The notes under the pieces: model-generated | The model's input: the letters and a program-made list of their open reading frames with translations, nothing else | Told to the model about the DNA's origin: nothing | Database searches by the model: none | Program-made: the position numbers and the translations under genes | From: Antedon mediterranea | Lineage: Eukaryota > Animalia > Echinodermata | NCBI RefSeq assembly: GCF_964355755.1 | Contig: NC_092678.1 | Coordinates: 3,116,422-3,180,421, forward strand | DNA: 64,000 bases | Direction of reading: 5' to 3' | In this document: one piece after another, positions 54,201-64,000 of the stretch | Numbering within the stretch: the stretch's first letter is position 1 | Layout: each line of letters opens with the position of its first letter

Positions 54201-55059
54201 GACCTCGAACTTGGAAATAAAAACATGATTACTTATTGATCATTGGAGATGCAATATTTATTATTTTATTTTAAATATGAAAATTTAATTTATGCTGCTG
54301 TTGATGCATAGCAAAGCAAGATAAAGTAGGTCCATGTTAAGTTGTCATTGAAACTATAAAACATATTGGGGGAAGGAATTAACCCCAGTTCATATGGTAT
54401 ACTGTATTAAGTTTTCTTGTCATATTCTGACAGTTCGGGGTTAGATTGTCTAACTTGGTATAATATTTCAAATTGACCTTCACCTTTAACAATCTATATA
54501 AAGTACTTTGCGAATAATATTATGTGTATAAATGATAATTTTGAATAGAACAAAAGCCTTCTATATGCCTTGTGGATTATATTACAATACATAAAGTGTC
54601 GCACAAATGCATAGAAATTATTATACAAACAGGTCGATATTGTTTGCACGACAAACTTTTGACAATTTAAATAAGTGCGTTTTAAATCATTCTGCTGTCT
54701 ACAGAAAGCAAACAGTTTGATCCATGTTCTTTAAATGTTTCCAAAAAATAAAACCTTGCGGACACCTAATACATTGTAAACTGTGTTAATTAAAAATACT
54801 TTTTCTATTTTTCTAAATGATATATATTTCCTTTATTGTTACTTTTTTTCATTTCCCATTCCTTCTCTCTAATTCTCTTTCTTCTTATATTAATACACCT
54901 ATGTCCTATATCCCTCTCCCATACCAGAACCTGGTTTATCCTCTCTCCTCCTAAATTAAACAGACACCATAGATATATCTACACCTGCACATCCTCCTAG
55001 CAACAGCAGATGTGTTATGTCCTATGACACCTTATTCCAGTAAGCTGTGGAGGCTGCTG

Positions 55060-55200
55060 TTTAAGATAATTGATGTGAGCAACAGGAGTGTTGGCTTATT
55101 GGTCTACCTAACTTGTCTATTGGCCGAGATTGTTTTTTGGCTCATTGGTTTGTCGACCTGTGTTGGCCTAACATGCTACAGTTTTGAAGAATATCCGTGT
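55060..55200 (+). promoter_or_regulatory. Candidate internal promoter with three inverted CCAAT boxes
   Basis: ATTGG at 55098, 55119 and 55144 in a GC-richer patch; strong donors follow at 55489 (ATG|gtgagt) and 55651 (TAG|gtaagt). Confidence 0.35.
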
Positions 55201-57213
55201 CATTGTAATAGGAAAACAATTATTAACCAGCTCATTTTCAGAGAACAAGCCAGTATATTTGTTGGGTTTGTGTGAGTCACTGGAAAACAAAATCAGAATT
55301 GTATTATTATGTTGGACGCTTTATACGCTACCCGTGCTCTTTGAAGTTTACACCAGAAATATAATTAATTGTTTCTTTGATTTATTGTGCAACGACAAGA
55401 TTTTCTTGTTGAAAACTTCTTTTTTAATTTGAAAAAGATGCAAGTGTGTTTGTGATATTGTTTGTTTACTTTCATTGAAATACTCGATGGTGAGTTTTGT
55501 TTTTGACTAAACAAAAACAAAAATTTGTTTCAAATCTTAATAGAGGAAGAAACTTTTGGGGGTTTTTCTTCAATTTTCAACAAGAAGTCAAGAAAAAATT
55601 GTTTTTTTAACGATTTGTTGGATTTATAATAGTTAATACTGTACTTATTAGGTAAGTTTTGTTAACCATGTTAATTATCTATCGGATAAATGATACATTT
55701 GTTGTGCTTTTCAGCTCCAAATGGGTCAAATTTTAAGACAATAAAAAACAAAATTTTTTTCTGAAAATAGCAAGATTAACTTCATCTGTCTTGTAAACAT
55801 CTGTTCTGTCTTTGAAAATTATACTACTACAGTAAAGTGGTTAACATCTGTTTCGGTGTCAACTTTTAAACAATAAAGACAATAGAATTGTGTAGACAAA
55901 GTTAATGAGAAAGGGGATGGGAAACTAAACAATATGTAAATGAATAATTAAATAACGCTTTTATCACGAATGGTACAGCATCTTTGCCTGCTTTTATCAT
56001 CAGGTTGTTGATATTCGGTTCTGAGAACGTAAATAATTAATGTATATTTCCACTTTAACTGGTTTCCGATTTATAATTTTGTTACACTTTGTGAATGTGA
56101 GTTCAATCATCTTTTGGGCACCATATGTGTGAGCATCTGTTCCTGTGTGATATAGCAAAGCTGTAGTCATATTATAGCGGTAGATATTTACCATGTTTTA
56201 AAAATGATACCAAAGAGGAAGAGTGAATATCTGATTAATAGTGCCATTTTCATAAATTGAAAAGTTTAGTTAGTACTATCTAGGTATTATCTCTCTTCTT
56301 AAATTGTAAGACCAATTATGTGCTGTTATCCACATTTGGCTATGTTAGAACTTTTCACTAATTAGGTACTGCCTGTCGTTTGGATGTCAATTATTCATGT
56401 TAGATTATATAATTAACAAGATAAAAACTAGCTTCAATGTTTTTGTACTTCCATGGTTTTATGAAGGTAAGATTTTGAAAAAGATATATGAGATGGAATA
56501 TAATTACATTTATTTGTGGAGGGGATGGTTATTGGTTTGTTTAGTCTTCCCCTCAGTACGTCAAACTATCTGATTAGAGGTGGGAGGTTAGTTATTGAAA
56601 ACAGTATACCTAATCAAGACATCATTTTCTAGTTAGCTTATCTCTGCTTAACAGTGTCATCCTAGCAAACCACCTCCTGTGTCTTGTTAGCACGCAGGTT
56701 GATTGGATGGTTACATGTGGTAATCAATTATCAATACTTAAGTTTATAATTTAAGCTTATCTCTACCTGCACACTAAATAAGGAGTATTCTTTGTTTACA
56801 TCATCTTCAACGTGCTTCTGTGTTTTTTTTCAATTTCCTTTAGCACCATTTTTCTGTTTCGTAGGTAACGCACACTTTAATCTGTGCAGAAATGGCACTT
56901 TTAGCCTTTTTTAACATTTATTTATTTTGCCCTGAGTTTATCCAGTGAGCGCTCATAGCCGTTACACCACTTCTATGTAGCTTACGTTTTTAATGCTATC
57001 AGAATAGCAATTCTGTTTAATTATTATGCCATTAATGTTTTAACTTTTGGTACTTTTATTACCTCATCTTGTATCTTTTTTCATGATAAAATTTTAGACA
57101 ATTTTGAATAATGTTTGTGTTATGTATATTTGAGGTATAGTTAATTTGAAGTAGGCCTACTGTGTAGAAGTAGTTCTGCATCATTTCATTAAGCTACACT
57201 TACATTGAACATA

Positions 57214-57356
57214 AGCTTGGTTCCCACTAGGACACAACATTAGCAATTTGACCAATCACCAGCTATGGATCATTTGAACTGTCGTATGTGATTGGTCAAA
57301 TAGCTTGCGTTAATGCACATAGGTAAATTACGTTACATCCTTGTGGGAACCAAGCA
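57214..57356. mobile_element. Harbinger-like MITE, family C
   Basis: TIR GCTTGGTTCCCAC / GTGGGAACCAAGC, internal inverted pair ATTTGACCAATCAC / GTGATTGGTCAAAT, TAA-like flanks. Confidence 0.75.
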
Positions 57357-58801
57357 TAAAAGCCCATTAAAGGTTGGTAACCTGTAGGAAGTCTTTAATT
57401 AGAAAGAGTCTTGTAAATTACAGTCTTTAATATGAAGAGACCTATATTAATGTTCAGATGTTAACCATTGATGTTATGAACTCATCTACCACTGTTTCAA
57501 CGTTGTCGGCTTTCCATTGATATGTGATTAAATACTTTATAAGGAACCCTTGGGACGGTTTGAAATGCCTCAGGGACCATTCATTATGGATCTCCAGCCC
57601 TAAGAGACAGTAGTTTCCTCTTCTTTCAAGGAAGCTTACAGTGGGTTACTCCGGCTATAAATTAGGATGCGGTAGTCTGATAAAATACAGCTCATCTTTA
57701 ATTGTCTATTACAATTAATTTAATGAATTTAATTTTCCTGTATTTTATTGATAAGATGGTTTGGCATTAAGGTTCTATTCATTTTACCACTTTGTTTTTC
57801 TACTGTAAGAAACAAACTAGTGTAAAGGTCATAAATTTTTGTTTAGTAAATTTAATTTTAAAATAGTTAGTGTCCAAAGCATTGGATAAAAACTTGTTTT
57901 TAATCTGTTTAGAATCGGCCTAATTCACTGGCCATGGTATGTAACATTAGCTAATAGTTCTTTTTAATTATATACTATTGCGTGACTTGATATGGAAATT
58001 GAAAGCTATCAAAATACTATCTGATTGCTGTATGAATAATTAGTATTGTATTATACTGGTAGATACATTCCACACTTTTTAACAACACACGATAAGTCTA
58101 TGTTTGTTATAGTGCATGATAGTGTACTTTAAATGTAAACACAAATTTTTGGGGGAAATTCAACTGAAAATTTTTGTGGACACGGATTACTGCTCAAGAT
58201 GTTTTTAACTGGTTAATATAAAATTTAAGTAAGCATTGGTTGCCAGTGTAGATGCAATAAAACATTTAAATGAAAAGATACATTAAAAGTAGTACTAAAT
58301 GATTCATAACAGACATTATAAATGTTTAAATTTGCACAACTTATAGTTCACAAAAAATCTAGAGCAATGTACTGCCACTGTCCACCAAGCTACAATTGAA
58401 TTATTATTGAGGGTGGTCATATTTTGATGTTAAAAGCCATCTTTATATAATCTTTCATTTGATGAAAAAAGTATAAAACTTTATATCATGAATATTTTTC
58501 AATATTTTTCTTTTTAAAGCTTGACGAATTACATTTTTTGTGCAGAATGTTTACATAACAATTATTTTCAATTTGTCAGGATTTTAACAAGTTTAACGGT
58601 ATATTTGAATAAATAATTTGATCCCCAGACTGGTTTGTTGATATGTCTATGTGTACTTTGAAATAATAATTGCAACTTACTGTATATGACCTCCATTTGG
58701 CCAAAATATGATTCATGTTAAAATTCAATTTTGCCAATTTCATGTGGGAATTTATATATATATATATATATATATAACCAATTTTGTTTTGTATTTTTCA
58801 G

Positions 58802-58825
58802 ACAAAGTTCTGCAGCACATGCAAG
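58802..58825 (+). CDS. Candidate 24-nt phase 2-2 microexon (QSSAAHA)
   Basis: ttttgttttgtatttttcag|ACAAAGTTCTGCAGCACATGCAAG|gtaagt; near-consensus sites, frame open. Confidence 0.65.
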
Positions 58826-60000
58826 GTAAGTGTTTACTTTGTTGGTTATTCATTAATAAATATGTTGTTAATGAGTTTTCCACAACTGCATATGGGCAAA
58901 TACCCTTGTATCATAGCAGTATTCTTCTGGATATAGTGGAATATAGGTTCTCACTTGTTGGAGGTGCAAGCAAGAGGTACAAATCTGTTAATGTTATTAT
59001 ACAACTTTGTTGGAGTTATGATGTAAGGAGTCTCGAGTAAACCATTGGTTTTGTGATCTAAGGTCATTCTCAGACCAATTAAGTGATTTATATATCTTTT
59101 AATTAGTTGAAGATAGTAAATCAACCAACATTCAATGTTGTTATTGCACAACATTAGAGAAAAGAGGATGTTTTTCTCATACTAGTAAGTTTTCTCAGTC
59201 CGGTGATATAGTACTGATAAATGTTTTTTGTGTGTGTGTGAGGTATTTAAAGTTTATCTCATTTCTGTGGTTTCTTGTTCAACATAGCACCATATTGCAC
59301 AGTCAACAAAAATAAATACTTAATAGTGTTTAAACACTTTATCAACCGTTGCTATATTTAATATTTAATTTTACCGTTGAGAACACATCAGGTAGGTTGC
59401 TCAAGTTTTCCTCTATCCTGTTTGTAAAAGTGGAGAAATTTATATTCTGTTGGCAACATATGCAGGGAATCATGTCATAATATATAACAACTGATTTCAG
59501 TATTAAAATGAGTGAGTGAGTACAGTATTTAACAGTCTCTAGAATATGTTTTGATATTATGTTTCTTAGGATAATTAAATTTCAAACGGATATACATGAA
59601 ATCTTCTAAGCTTATTCGCAACGCCAATTTGATACTTTTATCGTCGATATAAGATTTTGAAGTAGCTGTCTGGATTTTTTTTTCTGATTCTAGATCTGTA
59701 AAGTCTACAGTGAATAGCATAGATAAAGTAATTCCATAATAGAAGCATTCATTTTTATTTTTTGTATAAAGCGAAATAGTTTATTTTTAATAGAGATCTA
59801 TCAGAATTGTTACATTACACACATGCAATTTGCACGTACGCAGATCTTTTTATTCAGTTATTAATGGGTTCGAAGTCCATACCATATACAGTGTGCATTT
59901 CAAAGATACAACCTACATTAACCTATACGATCACTCGTCCATGTTGTCATTTAGGCAACATTTAGAATATATTCAAGTGTGGAATTTATATCTTATTCAG

Positions 60001-60012
60001 AATGGATTGCAG
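60001..60012 (+). CDS. Candidate 12-nt phase 2-2 microexon, or the end of an alternative first exon (MDC)
   Basis: atttatatcttattcag|AATGGATTGCAG|gtaaga; the ATG at 60002 is in the phase-2 frame. Confidence 0.45.
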
Positions 60013-63000
60013 GTAAGAGTTGTTGAGCAGAATATCAATTTAAACCCAGTAGAATGTGACATTTATAGTAATGTTTTATTTATTCATAAATGTTTTACCA
60101 AGACAAATCACTCAATTGGTCTGTCTTGTGGAACTAGAACTTAATGCATTGCCGAGTTTACAGTAGGGTGTTTGTCCTGCTGTAGGGACACATTTTTTGC
60201 CCCAAATATACACTAATAAAGTGATAGTTACATAATTTAGAAGGTGCATCCAGTACTACAAGAATTTTCCTTTTATTCGTAGTTTCTTCCAAATTTTTAC
60301 AACCAACAACAACAATTATAGGTGAAGGAACATTTAAATAACATACAGTATATCGATTTCTTTATTTGATAGTGTCAATATTTTTAACAGATTTTTCTGC
60401 ACTGATCTAGATTTAATATGTGGTAAATTCTTTCAGCACGGCAAAATAAATCTAAGTCTGATTTTAAAGAGAAGTATTCAAATAGTAGAAAGTTTGTGAA
60501 TGCACATTCAAATGTCATGCACATCCAGTTTAATAGTAATTTACGTTGTTGAAGCACACTTTACCCAGGTACTTCTAGTAATAATAATCAAACTACTCGT
60601 CAGAAATGATGAATGTAGAGGATTGCCTACGTCACATGCTTGCATTTAATGTGCGTGTTTAGTTTTTTAGCATTCAAAGATGTCGTGAAATATAGGATTT
60701 TATATCAAAGGCGACAATATCTGTCAACGTTGGTTTTATTTTTGCAAAGGCTGACTTGAAAACAGATGACCTTTCAATCCTACTAGGGGAAAAGGCTGTG
60801 TACAGAAATCAACCTGAATTATTGATTGTTAAATACATTTTTTTTTTACTTTACAAAAATAAAACCACAAATTATGAATTACAAATAGAAATAATACTTT
60901 AATTGTTGAGTATTTTAGTAGGAAAAAATGAATAAAAAATGCATATGGAAATGGGTCTTGTTATTTTAATACCATATAAGGGAATTTCCACCCCTTAATT
61001 TAGACACAATTCCTATAATCCTACTCACTCATTTCCCCAAGTTTCATACCCGAGCTATGGACTATTTCGGTAATATACGGTAATTTCTAGTCTAAATCTC
61101 AAACATATTGCAGGCCTGTTGGAACTAACATTGCTTAACACCACCTTCTTATTTGGAATTTCTATACTAGAAAAATATATGCGCAAACAAATTAGACTTC
61201 AATTTCTTTGGTTATGCTTGGGTTACCAAGTTTAATTACGCATTAGAATGTATCTGATGCACATTGCCTCGTAAATGTATTTCTTTGACCTGTAGCCAAG
61301 GTGGTCAGTTTGTAGTGATGCGGATGATATTAAGGTGTAATCATGTTGATAATGGAATCTTAATGAACATGTAATTACTGTACTGTTGAGGAATTAGAAT
61401 CTTCTAGATAATTAAAAGTCACTTATAAATAATATACTTCAAACATTGTAGTCTTAAGCACACTTTCACTTTCAATAATATTCAATTTTTTCTATTAGTA
61501 TTAGACAATTATTGAAGTATCAAAAAGATCTGTATTTTTGGGGTTTTTTTTTTATTAAAATAATTATGAGATAATGACTATTTACTACAACACACAGAAA
61601 TTATATTTTAGGATCATAAATATTCTGTCAATCTTCTTTTCCTGAATATTATAAAAACAATAATTTATTAACCACAGTACCTTTAAATGGTTAACTGCGA
61701 TTGATTTTATTTTTTATAACTTGAACGGCTTTATTATTCATTTTGATTTCCAACATTATAATGTCATACAAATGTGTACCACATTCGATAAGTCATCACA
61801 TTTTCCGTGACTTATTGGTCATGTTCCGTTGAGCTCTCTGATTTCCTGTAGGACATCTGGAACCAGTGTTACTCTTTTTTTCATCTCACCTCCATTTTGA
61901 TTCCTTTGAGAGAATGGTAGCTTCCTGACCAAATGATTTCCCAGCTTCAGGAGTTAAAGTTTGGCAAATTTTAATTTCCGGAATACGTCAAAGTTATTAG
62001 AAATGTCCACCCTAAATGAAGAAAAGCGTTTATTGTTTTGTTGACAGATTATACAAGGAATGATTTCATATTATAAAGTTTATGTTTTAGATTATATATA
62101 AATATAATCTTAAATTGTATTACTAAGACTTCTGGGTAGTGTTAGTGATGCATTTATATGCTGCCCTCTGGAGTTATACTGTAATAAAGTTTTTTCTTGA
62201 TCATGAGTGATTTCTGTACAATTTAATGAGACCATATTTTAGTTTTGGTTGAAAAAATTACATCAGGAGTATTTACATTTTTAGCAATATCTAGTTTTTA
62301 ATGTAGTTTTTACAGTAGAACCCCTATTAGGGGGGAACCTTCAGGACCCAACAATGAGTCCCCTATAAAGATGGCCCTAGAATAATGGTTGGACAGATTG
62401 TTACAATTTTTCCTAATTTGTTTTACAGGAAAAGTGTCTCCTTACGTTGTTTAAGGTTTTGATTGACTGTATTAAGATGGTCTTTTATCTTCTTCTCAGT
62501 GTAGGAATTGCAGAGTTTTTAAACTAGAAATACTAATTCCCCTGCCCACAACTTGTATCCCCACCTTTGTATCCCCAGCTCCTCATATCCCCTGTTACCA
62601 CATCTGAATTAGCCACCTGATGTTACAATTTCCTACAGACTATTTTCTTTTTTTCTAATGTGAGTCATTATTCAGTGAAAGCAAGTGCTGAGGAAAACAT
62701 TTAATGCAGACTCTCCTGTCGTGAGATAGACTCTGCGTTAAAATCTAATTATAAAAGGTCAAGAGACATCAAATACAAGTGGTAGGTTGAGGTCATTGCG
62801 CTGGAGTTATCATTCTGACACATGTTATTACGTGTAAATTAGCGTCATCGCATATAATTACATTACAAAGAAATTTGATTGTTTGTAATTAATGTACTAA
62901 ATGTAATTGTGAAAAAATAACAGGTAAAATATTTACCATGGTAGGCACTGATATGACAAACCCAAGTTATCATATCTATAAATTACATTACACAAAGATC

Positions 63001-63486
63001 AGATTTGTTATCAGTAATGAATATCAAATTTAATTAGAAAATTTTTTCCATGAAATAGGTCAATATTGCATAATGTAACCTCCATCTGAAATATTTATTA
63101 TTATAAATTCAATTTCAAAACAAGATCGTTGTTTTATGCAAATTATCTTATTTGAATACATTATGTAAATTAGTATTTACTGCAAGTGACACTGTATGCA
63201 GGAACTTCTGTACTATGAACCTTTGATACCATAATTATAAATAAATTAAACAGAATGTGTTTACATTATAAACATCATATTGTTATGATAAATGTATGAT
63301 GTAAATGATCCTTCTATGTTCTCATTCTTAATTTGATTTCAAATATTCGAAATCTTTGAGGTTTGACGTTTTTCGTCCTAATTGTCATAACTATTATTAA
63401 CTCAAAATGAAATATGAGTTATGGAACTTTAGAGTTTCTCACCACTTAGGAACTCGGTAATTGAGTAGAAAGCGGCAAATACCAGT

Positions 63487-63548
63487 ATGGCTGCCAAGAT
63501 TATGTTCACTCGCCGTATTAGATATTATAGTCGTACTTATCAAATCAG
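63487..63548 (+). CDS. Candidate alternative first coding exon (MAAKIMFTRRIRYYSRTYQI), phase-2 donor
   Basis: AGTATGG start, 20 codons plus AG, then CAG|gtaagg. Confidence 0.55.
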
Positions 63549-64000
63549 GTAAGGTTGAACTGTAGAACTTCTACATTAATATGTAAAAATTAGGAACATT
63601 GTTTTGTATACATCTTTTTTTGAAAAATGCTGCAATAACTTTTGTACCGATTACCAGGACAAATGTCTACCTTAATGGTCAGTATTTTGGCGATATGTAC
63701 TGATGCTGTTCGATTTCCAGAATAATTGTACTGATGATTTCCAGAATATTATTCAGTATCTTAATTTGCATAAATTGGAAAGTGTAAATCAAGAAACAGA
63801 AACGTATGATGATTGATTTGATATTAATAAAATTGTCATTCTATGTGGTCCTCAATTACAGAAATGTCTGTTACATTGTAAATGAATGGCTTCGTGTGCA
63901 GTCTCTTGGTAGATGATGTTACTTATTAGTAGACTCTACCTTTAATTAATTATTTTTTGTTTATGACATTCTAATTGGTTGGCTTTGTTTGACATTTTTG

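Overview
Strongly AT-rich eukaryotic (metazoan, probably marine invertebrate; inference) genomic DNA with spliced genes. (1) The last three coding exons of a KLHDC8-like kelch-repeat gene lie on + (197-1313). (2) A complete, compact WASH1/WASHC1 gene lies on - (three coding exons, 5551-4003, 453 aa, plus a probable non-coding first exon ending at 5971). (3) Head-to-head with WASH1, a + strand first coding exon (6188-6474) encodes a coiled coil that matches, by eye, the N-terminus of IQSEC/BRAG Arf-GEFs. The remaining ~57 kb looks like the 5' intronic region of that gene, whose IQ/Sec7/PH exons are not in the window. It contains what appears to be a phase-2 modular N-terminal system: several short ATG-to-donor alternative first exons, frame-preserving 12-54 nt cassette exons, and AG|GT sites resembling recursive splice points. 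The intron also holds PIF/Harbinger-type MITEs (TTA TSD), a minisatellite derived from one of them, a tRNA-Gly-like SINE family, a CR1/L2-type LINE 3' end, a long Crypton-like hairpin and several local duplications. All exon calls beyond 6474 rest on splice consensus and reading phase only and need RNA-seq.
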